The notes under the pieces are model-generated. The model was not told the origin of the DNA. It worked only from the letters and a program-made list of their open reading frames with translations, and made no database searches. Shown piece after piece: positions 44,047-56,494 of a DNA stretch of 64,000 nt. Within the stretch, counting starts at the first letter, position 1. Every line of letters begins with the position of its first letter. Origin of the DNA: Octopus vulgaris. Taxonomy: Eukaryota. A program made the translations under genes and the position numbers. The stretch is taken from the NCBI GenBank assembly GCA_951406725.2, contig OX597839.1, positions 10,044,001 to 10,108,000 of the forward strand, read 5' to 3'.

Positions 44047-44362
44047 CAGTGGTTCTCAAACATTTTTTACCTATGGACGCCTTTGATAACTTCTGTTCTA
44101 GTGGACTCCCATAGCTATTCGATGTTTAAAAACTAATCCTATAGCTCCTTCTTTCAAAATTTCTATTTTGTTATTCACTCATTCACTTGTGTAGGTTAAA
44201 CTATGTAAAATGTTAGAGAAAGAAACCTAGTAGTTTCTTGCAACAGATACATTTAAATCAAAACTTTTCATGGCCCCTTAGAATACTTCTGTGTCCCCAA
44301 TTTATTATTTTGCTAGTGTGGACTCCTAACAGTCTTGTATGGACCCTGGTTGAGAACCACTG
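44047..44362. mobile_element. hAT (Charlie-type) MITE
   Basis: TIR CAGTGGTTCTCAA...TTGAGAACCACTG; 8-bp TSD ATTTAGAT/ATTTAGAC. Confidence 0.88.
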
Positions 44363-45198
44363 ATTTAGACGATAGTGTGCGACTTAGCTGCCATTTCTAG
44401 CTGCTCGAACAACCACGTAGAAGCGCCTTCGTTGACTGTTATAATACTGCTGTCTCGACGGGTAACATGTTCTGTACTCTTGACCTGTCTTTACATCTCC
44501 TCGCTTTTAAATATTAAGCAGATAACCATTTCTTCATATTTGGCGGGATTACAAACTCTTTAAATTTCTAGTAGTGTAGTCCCAGTTCAGCCGTTAACGA
44601 GCAAGACCCCAGATTTCAACCCCGACCAGGATGTTTTTTTTACATAATTCAATTCTTTTTTTTAATGATCGTGGGATTGTGATATGAAGATTTGATTGCT
44701 ATTTTTAGTAGTTCAAGCAACCACTTAAAGGATTACTCCCTTGTTCCGGTTTTTGTTTTCTGTGCCTTTCTCTGTATAGCTCTCTCTACTATCCGTTTGT
44801 TTCCCCTGTTTTTCTGTTCATATATTGTATGTCTTCGTATCCCATATATATAATTATATCTACTGATATATTAATTTGGCTGATATTTTCTGTATCTAAG
44901 TATGTTGACACACAGAGACGACGATCGTCGGTATTGTATTGTGTAATCACCAATTACAGATGTGATTTTTTTCCATTCCAATTTTTGTTTTCTTATGCTC
45001 GGAATTTTTTGAAATTCCAAACGATATTGGGATTTACGCATCGTACATTGAGGAATTTCCTTGGATGTTTATTCCTACTTGCATTTATTGATGCCTGATG
45101 GTTAAGTATAGTTAACCAAATTCGTTTAACATAAAATGTTTTATTAATGGTGTCTAGCTGGACTTTTTAATCCCTTATATATATATATATATATATAT

Positions 45199-45368
45199 AG
45201 GAGTGGCTGTGTGGTAAGTAGCTTGCTTACCAGCTACATGGTTCCGGGTTCAGTCCCACTGCGTGGCACCTTGGGCAAGTGTCTTCTACTATAGCCTCGG
45301 GCCGACCAAAGCCTTGTGAGTGGATTTGGTAGACGGAAACTGAAAGAAGCCCGTCGTATATATGTATG

Positions 45369-45401
<33 letters not shown>

Positions 45402-45603
45402 GTGTGTGTCTGTGTTTGTCCCCCTAGCATTGCTTGACAACCGATGCTGGTGTGTTTACGTCGCCGTCACTTAGCGGTTTGGCAAAAGAGAGCGATAGAA
45501 TAAGTACTGGGCTTACAAAGAATAAGTCCCGGGGTCGATTTGTTTGACTAAAGGCGTTGCTCCAGCATGGCCGCAGTCAAATGACTGAAACAAGTAAAAG
45601 AGT
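45199..45603 (+). mobile_element. SINE family A copy within (TA)n
   Basis: Near-identical to 9720-10107. Confidence 0.9.
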
Positions 45604-46949
45604 ATATATATACACACACGCACATTCATTATAATCAAGCGTCTTATAGTTAGTATTCTTGTCGATCTAATACAATCTTTACAGCTTTATTATTAGCCTT
45701 GTTTTCTTCTTTTTTTCCCATCCATTCAAATCAATATGCTACATATCAGTTCATAAAGAAAAATATACATTCTGTTTATAGATCCATCGTATAACCATAT
45801 GTATATAAACACCCCTCTCGTGTGTGTATGTGTAACATTCTAGGGATATTACATCGCAGTGACATTTAGTTTATAGACATGTTTATAACACTACTCTCCT
45901 AGATATATTACATATACGTGTAACATGTCTAAGATAATTTGTAGGGATATATATATATATTTTTGTAACATTATCATATAGACGTGTACAACACGACATG
46001 CACGTACATGCATAAGCACTTATACATGTGAGCACACGCGTATATAGGTAGCTGGATCTTTGTTTTGATGAAGATTCATTTATTCGATCCACTGAATTAC
46101 GCACTCATTGAGTTAGCTTGTAAAATAGCTGTGCATTCCACAGATATTTGCATCTTTTGAATTACTTGTATGATCCATCTGATAAGCTTGTCAAGTTTTA
46201 CCCAATTTTCACTTAAGATAGTAGAAGGTATGGGTGAACCCTAGGCGATAGGAATCGACATTTGCCCTAGATACCATGCATTGGGATTTAACCCAGGAAC
46301 TCGTGGTTGTGAAAGGCTTCTATAAGTCACATGAGACTCGGAAAGTGCAGAGTCAAGCTCTAAATGGCAGTCCAGGAATTGCTCAAGCTCTCTTGGTTCT
46401 CTTCTGAATGTCTGCATTCCTTTCCAACACATGAATCTTTTCCCCACACAACTGTTGCCAAGTGGTATGGTCAGCAACAGCAACTACCTGGTCATTGGAT
46501 CTAATCTTTCACTTTCTTAACCCTTTAGTATTCAGATTATTCTGGCAAAAATGATGCTTGTTTATTTATATTGTGCTGAATTAATCATCTATCATCTTGT
46601 AGTTTACAGATTTCAATTATGTGATTGTTTAGTTTTAAAATGACATCGTAGGGTAGGTGTGAGAGGCCTAATCTGCTCAGTTTCAATATAAAACTGGGGG
46701 AATATTTTGGCCGGTTTGAATGCTAAAGAATTAAAGCACTATTCGTCTGCTCCTTAGCACTTCTTTCAGCTTTCCATGTTATAGCTGATCGTACACACTT
46801 CATTGGTATTGCCAACATACAGGTATCCTTATCATATGCCCCAGCCACTGCAGTTGGCACTGGGTGATGATGATCTCAGCTCTTTTGCAGTTGGTCTCTG
46901 CAAGCATTACACACCTGTGTTAGGTAATTCCCAGATGCAATAGAAATGA

Positions 46950-47288
46950 CTTATGTGGAAGAGCCCAAGGACTTGATGTGACAGCTGTAGACCACATAAG
47001 CTTCATATCTGTAGAGGGCAGTGATATAGACGGCATGTTATATAGTGACCTTTTGTGGAGGTAAAAGACTCTTATGTAAAAGTCTGTATTAATGTCTCCA
47101 AAAGACAGTTGATGTTTGGGCTTATGTGGAAGAGCCCCAAAGACTTGATGTGATAGCTGTAGACCACATAAGCTTCACATCTGTAGAGAGCAGTGATATA
47201 GACGGCATGTTATATAGTGACCTTTTGTGGAGGTAAAAGACGCTTATGTAAAAGTCTGCATTAATGTCTCCAAAAGACAGTTGATGTC
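46950..47288. repeat. Direct tandem duplication, unit about 171 bp x2, inside a decayed LINE-like region
   Basis: cttatgtggaagagccc...aaagacagttgatgt at 46950 and 47121. Confidence 0.9.
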
Positions 47289-48039
47289 TGTTTAATACAG
47301 ATCTAGATGTTAGTCATCAGTGCTATCATCTTCAGAGACATCGCTCCACAAATATTTGAAAGCTGTTACCACTGACAGCTGTTCATTACCAACAGTAAAA
47401 GTATAGAGAGTGAGTGAGATTCCATTGGATGATCGTTTTAGTCTTGTGGTATTGATAGATAACCCTATACTACTGTGTTTTCACTACCACGGCTAGGACA
47501 GCCTGAGGCTTTTTCTGAGTAAGGGCCACAAAAGCAGAGTGGTCTGCATATTGCAGCTATAAGACCTGTTCTTTATGGAGTTTGGTAGTTGTATGGCGCT
47601 TGTTAGTGTTAAGGTTGCCTTTTTGTTTGAAGCTCATTGCTGCGCTGCTAATTCTGTGCATATGAGAAATCTTGAACTTTTGTATGGTCATCTGTGCAGA
47701 CATTCTATTGTGGAACCAGCAGAGAATATTAAATTTTTGAGGAGGTTAAGTCTCTTCAGAGCTCTCTTTGCCCAAATTCTGATGTTGCTCATGGCACTTT
47801 TCCTAAAGCTGCTGGGCTGTGCAAATTGTTAACCATACTCATCATCATCATCGTTTAATGTCCACTTTCCATGCTAGCATGGGTTGGACTATTTGACTGA
47901 GGGCTGGCGAACCAGATGGCTGCACCAGGCTCCAATCTTGATCTGGCAGAGTTTCTGCAGCTGGAAAAAAAAGCTGTAGAAACATTGCCAGATCAAGATT
48001 GGAGCCTGGTGCAAATCTATATTGCAATTCATCCAAACA

Positions 48040-48410
48040 TCAGCCAAGGCTGGGGCAATAGAGTAACTGCTACTCGCTACATCAACCAAGTGCTGAGGCC
48101 TCATATTGTCATACTTTGCCTGTCGTTGGAATCACGTGTTCCAACACAACACCTGTGCCCATACTCCAACAGCACAGCATCCAGACACTGCCATGGCCTA
48201 CCCTAAGTCTGGACTTGAACCCCACAGAGCACCTGTGACACAAAATTCAAAGAAAGCTATATGACATCTGCGGCACAACTCACTGCAAGTTTTAACAGTG
48301 TGTGGGCTGCTATCCCCATGGCCTTCATCAATCATTTGGTGCATTCAATGTACAGAAGATGCCAGGCTGTAATCAACAGTAATGGTGGTCACACAAGATA
48401 TTGAGTTCAT
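48040..48410 (+). mobile_element. Tc1-like transposase 3' remnant
   Basis: YINQVLRPH, LPWP..S.DLNP.EHL, LVHSMYRRCQAVINSNGGHTRY*. Confidence 0.8.
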
Positions 48411-48559
48411 CTCGTTGGATCCAGGACACTCTGTCATCACCCTGTGACACCAGGTGATGTCAAACATGTTTCAGGAGATGGCGTTTTATCATTAGGAAAG
48501 AACAGTTTCTTTCACTCCCATTCTCTCTCCACTCCTTTCATTCACTCAATCTCTCTAAA

Positions 48560-50005
48560 TCTTAGGGGCTCTCAAACTCCTGAACAAGCTGCATCCAGGC
48601 GAGCATCAAATGCTCTTGGCAACAGGAAAGAAAGGGCATTAGAAACACCTGAACAAGCTGAATCTTGGAGAGCTTCCAAATGTAGTCAACATGAGAAGAG
48701 TAAGGGATTCAGAATCACTAGGGCAATCAGAAACCAGGAGAGCTCCCAGTGTTGTCCAGCAAAGAAGATCAGGACAGAATGCAATCCAATTTGAGAAACT
48801 TGCTTTTTGATATGAAGCCAATCAAGACTACTCCTCCCTACCTATTGTAATCGTTAGAGAGCTAAACAAAGAATGCAGCTATTGTGGAGCATTGAAGTTC
48901 AAGGATGAATCTCAAGGCCTTTGTTGCTCCAGGACTTTCCAGCTCCACCAAAACCATTCAGATTATTGTTGGCTGGATCCACCCACGAGTCCCAGGATTT
49001 CCTGAAGGAGTTTAGAGCTTACAACAATGACTTCTTTTGGAGCAAATAATGCAGCTCTGCCTGAATGGCAGACCACATTCAGAATCCAAGGACAAGTATA
49101 CCATTGGATTGGCAGCCTGCATACTCTGTCAAATGAACCCCAGAAGTTTTTCCAAATCTATTTTCTAGAAGGTCACCAAGTCCAAGCTGGGACAAGAAAT
49201 AATCTCTTTTGGGATTTGAAATTACACAAAGCACAATTCTGAAATTGCAGGAATTTCTTCACCAAGAAATCCATATGTTCATGTTCAAATCTGCTCTCCA
49301 GAGAGATGGACTGGAGAACTTGAGATTAGTCATTAGAGCTAATAAGAGACCTGTTGGAGAGCATGACAGAAGATTCAATGCACCCGCTACCAATGAAGTA
49401 TCAGTACTCATTGCAGGTCAAAACTTAGAAGAAAAGAGACATAGTGATAGAGAAACAAAGTGGACCCCTAAGGAAAGTTGCTGAAACACACAGGAGTTAT
49501 GATGCTCTCCAGTATCCACTTAATTTCTGGCAAGGGCAGGATGGCTATCACTTCCTTCTGAAGCAATTAGACCCTGAAACTGAGGAAACTATAGGAAACA
49601 AAGTTTTAGCACAAGACTTCTATTGCTACAGAATCATGTTAAGAGTCAACAACTTCAATCGCTTACTGAGATGCAAGCATCTCTTGAACCAGTCCTTGGT
49701 TGATATGTATGCAAAACTCGAAACAGAGAGGTTGCTCTCTGTCACATGCCACCAATAAGAACTTTTAGGGGAAAGCTGCATTCACCACCAAGATGCTGTT
49801 CAAAATGATGGCAATCTACTTACTCAACACTGGAAAGCAAGTCATTCTTCCATCATCATTTATAGGAGGTGACAAGTACTTGCATGAGAAGACTCGAGAT
49901 GGAATTATTATATATGTCAGAAATTTTGGGAAGCCTGGCCTTTTCATTACCTTTACCTGCGACCCATTATGGCATGACATAAATAGTAATTTGATAGAAG
50001 ATCAA
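48560..50005 (+). mobile_element. Helitron Rep-domain remnant (frameshifted)
   Basis: N-terminal ETPEQA repeats, CSYCGALKFKDE..GLCC, MTSFGA, FRIQGQVYH.IGSL, RRFNAP..NEV, SYDALQYPL, VDMYAKLETERL, ILPSSFIGG, FGKPGLFITFTC.P.W. Confidence 0.92.
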
Positions 50006-50089
50006 TCTGTTATTGTTCAGTTTTAATAAAATTTAACACATTGAGTGCCATGTAGATAATATATATATACACAGCACTTTACAAATGTG

Positions 50090-50125
<36 letters not shown>

Positions 50126-50267
50126 TCATCATCATCATCATCATTTAGCGTCCGTTTTCCATGCTAGCATGGGTTGGACGGTTCTGCTAGGGTCTGTGAA
50201 GCCAGAAGGCTTCATCAGGCCCAGTCAAATCTGGCAGTGTTTCTACGGCTGGATGCCCTTCCTAACG

Positions 50268-50303
<36 letters not shown>

Positions 50304-50550
50304 ATACATGTTTTCTCATTGCAAAATGAACTGTATACAGCTACTGTATACAACTGAAATACTATACGAATTTGAAAAAACCCACATGTGGTGCACAGGA
50401 CTGATTTACACATTACCCCTTGGCACTCAGTGTGTTAATTTGTACTCAATGCATGAATTGTCATTGTTGGGCCCAAGGCCCAATCAAGAACCCTTTGCAG
50501 GAGCTAGCTTACAAGCTGCCTGCTTGATATAGGGCAGCCTTTAAGCTAGT

Positions 50551-50755
50551 GTTGTTATATACCCTTGAGTTAGGGAATGAAGCATTGCTACAATTTTCAT
50601 TACTATTAACTTTCCATAAAAAAGGGTAAACAAATAACTAGATAAGAAAGAAAGCAAAAGATGTCTTTCAGGGAAAGTGAATAGGAGACGGACAAAGTTA
50701 ATAGTCATGAAAATTGTAGCAGTGCTTCATTCCCAACTCGAGGGCATGTAACAAC
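50551..50755. repeat. Inverted repeat, about 63-bp arms with an 80-bp spacer
   Basis: gttgttatatacccttgagtt...ctattaacttt versus aaagttaatag...aactcgagggcatgtaacaac. Confidence 0.85.
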
Positions 50756-51021
50756 TTGACCGCCTAAACTTGGGATCTTTAGCGAGATACTACCTTATGT
50801 ATGAATGCACCTGATGTGACTCAGACTGCAAAATGGATGCAACAAAACATGTTGAATGGAGTTCCACCCATAAGGGAAAATAGCAGGATGGGTTGAAATG
50901 ATTGGTGTACAAAATAAAGATTAATACCAAATCCATCTTTTAGTTACTTAATCAGTTATCATTATCTCGACTGCGATATACATGAGAAATATTTGAAGGA
51001 TCTTGGGAATAGGAAATTCAC

Positions 51022-51275
51022 TAGCGGTCCCCAGCTAGTATATCCCTGTTGGGAGAACGTCTTGTTGCCGTAGATTTTCCATAGACGCAGGGACAGGACG
51101 GGTTGAAGCTGCCAGTTGCCAGATCAGACGCTTCTGTTCACCAGAGCCCTGTTACCCAGGTGCGGCCCTGATACCTCAAATTGCCAGGCCTGGTCTGCGT
51201 TTGTGAGAGATGCAGCATTGAGGATGAATGAAGCCAGCTCAACCCACCCCGGGTGAATGCTGCAGAAGAAGATCT
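51022..51275 (+). mobile_element. Internally deleted RTE-derived element related to 3097-3680
   Basis: Shared blocks gtagatt...agacgcagggacag, ttcaccagagccc and ctcaaccc.ccc.gg.tgaatg. Confidence 0.7.
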
Positions 51276-51420
51276 TGACTAACACTACATAGTTCTTGAA
51301 GTAGCTCCAACGGAAATATACTCCTACTGTGGATGACACCAGATAGCCTAAACTGTGTCAGTGCTCTCTACTCAACATTTCAACAAACTAATCGACATAT
51401 GCCCATTAGTCCCAAACATT

Positions 51421-51451
<31 letters not shown>

Positions 51452-51459
51452 TCAAATGA

Positions 51460-51722
51460 AGCTGATGAGGGATAATTGTCAGCTCATTAAAGCTGTTTCT
51501 CATGTATTTGTAATGGAAAAATGAGAATATAATTCCATTACAAAAAACTGTAATCATCAGATGAAATGTAATTTTACAAACAAAAGAATATCCTAAGAAT
51601 ACAGCCGGGATGTGGCTGAAGTCTGTCAAGGCTAACTATGAGATGGAGTAATGTTCTCATTCTTCTAGTAAAAAATGCATGAGGAACAGCTGTAATAAAC
51701 TGGCAATTATCCATCATCTGTT
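51460..51722. repeat. Foldback element with diverged inverted arms next to (TA)n
   Basis: ctgatgagggataattgtcag...gctgtttctcatgtattt versus aaatgcatgaggaacagctg...ggcaattatccatcatctg. Confidence 0.75.
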
Positions 51723-52028
51723 ATTATTCATTTGCTTATAATACACCAAGGGGATTTACAACTTGTTGGGCACCCTAGAGTATACCAACAACATACAATT
51801 CAACATAATGTGTGCTTTGGACCAGCTCCTAGGTACTAAATATTCATAGGGTTGGTTTTTCTCTATGTACACAACTGGAATATCCTATTTGATACTGAGC
51901 AACCATAGTCTAGAATCACAGGTTTATCCAAGCCTGACTTGTGCAGCATATCATTTCAAGTACCAGATTCTACCTGAATCCTTATTTTACTATATACATA
52001 CATATACATATATACATGCACACACACA

Positions 52029-52076
<48 letters not shown>

Positions 52077-53357
52077 CATGTAATATAATTTTTCTGAATC
52101 TTCAGATTTTAATATGTTAGACCACTGGTTTGAATTGATATTAATCAAATTAATATTCTATTTTTCAACCTTATTATTTTAAATTTAAATTTATATATAC
52201 ATATATATTACACACACATAATATATGTGTGTGTGTGTGTATCTATTAAAGCAAAAAATAAAACAAAAGTGAAATCAAAATTGCTGATGTGGTTGATGAC
52301 AGTACCATCTGATTGACACTTGTGCCAGTGGAATGTTAAAAGCACATCCAAATGTGGGCTTGTAACTGGCCCACTTGTGAGTGCCCCTCATTCATTGGAC
52401 AATGAACTTTGCTTGTGAAGACCTATTGAGACAAGTGAAAACAAGTCAAAATCACTGATGTGACCAATGACAGTACTGCCTGATTGGCACTCATGCCAGT
52501 GGAACGTTATAAGCACATCCGAGCGTGATCGTTGCCAGGGCCACAGATTGACTCCTGTGCCGCTGGCATGTGAAAAGCACCATTCGTGCGTGATTGTTGC
52601 CAGAGTTGCCCTACCGGCACATGAGAAAAACAACATTCAATCGTGGTCATTGCCAGTGCTGCCAGACTGGCTCCTGTGCAGGTAGCACGTAAAAAACACC
52701 TTTCAAGCATGGTCATTGCCTGGACCTCCTGAATGGCCCTTGTGCCAGTGTCATGTAAAAGCACCCACTACACTCTTGGAGTTGTCATTAGGAAGTGCAT
52801 CCAGCTGTAGAAAATTTGCCAGATCAGATTGAACCTGGTGCAGCCTCTGGCTCACCAGTCCTCAGTCAAACCATCCAACCCATGCCAGCATAGAAAGCAG
52901 ATGTTAAATGATGATGATGATGATAGTGTTCAGTTGGGGAAACAATTTATGAATTTTACAAGGCTTGAGTGAACTATCATGTTGTGTTGTGCTAATCTGG
53001 AATGTTTGGTGTGCTATGTATGGATTTATAGTTAGTCAATAATTGTTTAGGACTTAAGTGTTTTCTGTCTTAAGAAGGAAACCAATCCTTCTCTTTGCTG
53101 TTGTTCATCTGATATTGTGAACTTTGAGGATTCTTACTGATCTTCCATTTTTATTTCATGCAGTAAGACATAGCATTACTATGTCAGTCCTGATTCAGAA
53201 ATATTCTATAGAATGGGTGTATTTTAAAGAAAATATGATTGAAGGAGAATTGGCTGCTACTTCTGGCAGGTCTAGCAACTATGTAGAGGATCTCATTTGT
53301 CTGTGTCAATGTTGTCATAATAATTGTATATGCAAAATATTCAGTGTATGAATGAAT

Positions 53358-53744
53358 GTGGAAGCACTCCGTCGGTTATGACGACGAGGGTTCCGGTTGA
53401 TCCGAATCAACGGAACAGCCTGCTCGTGAAATTAACGTGTAAGTGGCTGAGCACTCCACAGACACGTGTACCCTTAACGTAGTTCTCGAGGATATTCAGT
53501 GTGACACAGAGAGTGACGAGGCCCGCCCCTTGAAATACAGGTACAACAGAAACAGGAAGTAAGAGTGAGAGAAAGTTGTGGTGAAAGAGTACAGCAGAAA
53601 TCACCACCATCCCCTGCCGGAGCCTCGTGGAGCTTTTAGGTGTTTTCGCTCAATAAACACTCACAACGCCCGGTCTGGGAATCGAAACCACGATCCTATG
53701 ATTGCGAGTCCGCTGCCCTAACCACTGGGCCACTGCGCCTCCAC
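53358..53744 (-). mobile_element. SINE family B, tail variant 1
   Basis: Reverse complement of 35638-36014. Confidence 0.9.
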
Positions 53745-53808
53745 TATGAATGAATAGACATACGAGAAATAACAGCCAGATCTGTTATCAACAAAAGAGT
53801 ACATATAA

Positions 53809-55064
53809 CCATAAAAACCCATGTAATTTATGCACTTTTTTTGCAAAAATAACAATAAACTTTAGTGGGTGTGTAAATTACATGAGCAGATAATTTCAAG
53901 AATTTTTTAGAAATTTTTTTTTATTGAAAAAAGACGTACAAAGCTTAAACAGCCAAACCGGAAGTTGACCCATTTAATGTCAGAATAGGTTTTTACAGAA
54001 AAAATAATTATAATGAAGTTGACTTTTATATATGCAGGACGATATAATGCTTACATTTTCTGTATAAATTTACTAAAACCATTAAATGGTTAACTAATTT
54101 TTGAAGTCTCATGTGCATGCTGGTAAACATAGTCTGGGCCATATTTTACATTGCTTTGAGTTTCCACCTATCGCAATGGAGCACTATTGACATACATAGT
54201 GTTATGGATATTCCTGACTGAAAAAAAATGTTTTGATATGGGTAATCTTGATTGTATCATTTTATTTTTGCCTGTTTATTACTAGGCACAGTTTTTAGTT
54301 TGTTTATCCCAATTTCAAACATTAGCTTCATTAACATTAAAATGCCTTCTGGCAGCTCTATTGCCATGTTCAAATTGCATATTCAGCATATCTAATTTCT
54401 CCTTTGCAGTAAATGATTCATAATATCTGCCCATACTGACAATGATGATAATGAGAAATTTTAAAGTTTGCTTGTCATTTTATAAGTGTGAAAGTGGTTA
54501 AAATTTCGATACCCCATATCAAAGGTTCCAACAAGAATAGGGAGAAAAGAATTCTTTTTACATAGTCAGTTTGATTGGTCACCTTCCTCTGTCAGTCTAG
54601 TAAAGTGTCATCCAAACTGATGTTTATTGGTAATTAAGCTTAATTTGCAACATCTGTGTGTATTTATCAGCTTTGGTAATTCTTAACAACTTTTCCTGTG
54701 ATCGCAATTTGAGAAGACATACAGCAGTATGCTAAAGATCGAACATAATCTCTTTTGGGCAAGAAATGTAAAATAAAGTTTATTATAAATGACACAAACA
54801 CTTTGTAATTTAATAGCTTTCAATGTGATACCTGTTAAACAGAAATTATTTTTATATAATGAAAATTTAATAAAATCTAATCATAAGTGAAATTATGCTA
54901 AATACAACTAAATTGAAAACCTTTTTCCTTCTGACTATATCGGTAATTCTGAAAACTTTTGGGTACGAATTTTACATGAGCAGAAGCTTTTTTTAAAACA
55001 AATTTTATCCTGAAAATCACCTGGATAAAATACACAGGTGCACAAATTACATGGGTTTTTATGA
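53809..55064. mobile_element. Non-autonomous TIR element, pogo/Tigger-like, about 1.25 kb
   Basis: TIR (C/T)CATAAAAACCCATGTAATTT(A/G)TGCAC at both ends, with subterminal TTACATGAGCAG repeats. Confidence 0.75.
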
Positions 55065-56494
55065 TAACCCTTTAGCATTCAGGTTTTTTTGTTGAAATGT
55101 ATTGTTTATTTATCTTTTACTTGTTTCTGTCATTAGACTGTGGCCATGTTGGGATACTGCTTTGAATTTTTTCTTTTTTGTTGACTGAATTGACCCCACT
55201 ACTTATTGTTAAGTTTGGTATTTATTCTATCGATCTCATATGCCAAACTGCTAGGTTAGAAGGATGTAAACACACCAACACAGGTTGTCAAGTGGTGAAA
55301 TCCAGGGGATGGTAGACACACACACACCTGGAACCATGTGGTTGGGAAGCAAGCTTATCATCACACAGTCCCACATTGTTTTGAATTATACATTATCTTG
55401 TAGCTTCAAGATTTCAAAGATGTGTTTGTATATTTTTAGAATGACATTATAGGGTAGGTATGAGAGATTGACTCAGGTCAGTTTAAACATGAAATAGGTA
55501 GAATATTTGGGCCAGGTATGGCTGGATTAAATGGTGAAGTGTTAAATAATGTGGACCTAGATACACTGCATTTAATAAAAGGTAATTTTATGATGTTGCT
55601 ATGAGTTTACCAGATCTCCCTTATCTGTGATATTTTGCTTTGACCCACTTTTAAAGTGTGGTTAGAAAGCCAGGCTGTATGAATGGACCATAAAAACAAT
55701 GGATAGACTAAATACCATTTGATCTTTGTCTAAAAATAAAGTACCACAAAACACACCCAGCTTGCTTCACATGCAGGTATTTTAAGTCAAAAATAACTTG
55801 CGTGTGGAAAATGTCTCTACTTTGATGCAGTATGAAATTCTTGTACATATTGGCACAGGCGTGGCTGTGTGGTAAGAAGCTTGCTTTTCAACCATATAGT
55901 TAGTTCCAGGTTCAGTCACAGTGTGTGGCACCTTGGGCAAGTGTCTCCTATAGCCTTAGGCTGACCAAAGCCTTGCGAGTGGATTTGGTTAAAGGTACTT
56001 CTACATTATCGCTGTTACCGTTTCTCATGTTTAAGAGTTATTTCTTTGTTCCTGTATGTTCGTTATCTGGGGCTGTAGACAAATGTGTATATATTAAAGT
56101 GTAATCACTTTTGACTAGAGATAATGGATATGTAGCTGTCAAAAGGTTTCTAGAATATTCAGGAAATGTTAAGACCTAAACCTCACTGGCTTCCTGTAGC
56201 TGGATGATCTCAACTTCTAATACTTTACATTTATACACTTATCAGCCAACCAAAGCTGACTACCTCAAAGGAGAGTGTATCCACCGACAGCTTTTCAGTG
56301 CGTTCAAAAATCACATACCATCACCCCCAACTTCCATGACAGATTAGGGCCTGGAATACTCCAAACAGAGGCATGACATGTCGCTTAGTTGAATTAGCCC
56401 ATCATTTACTCCACAAATGTTTTGTTGTCAATGCTGCACTTTCCTGTATCACGTGTTTCAATATAACTGTAATATATATATATACAAACTATGC

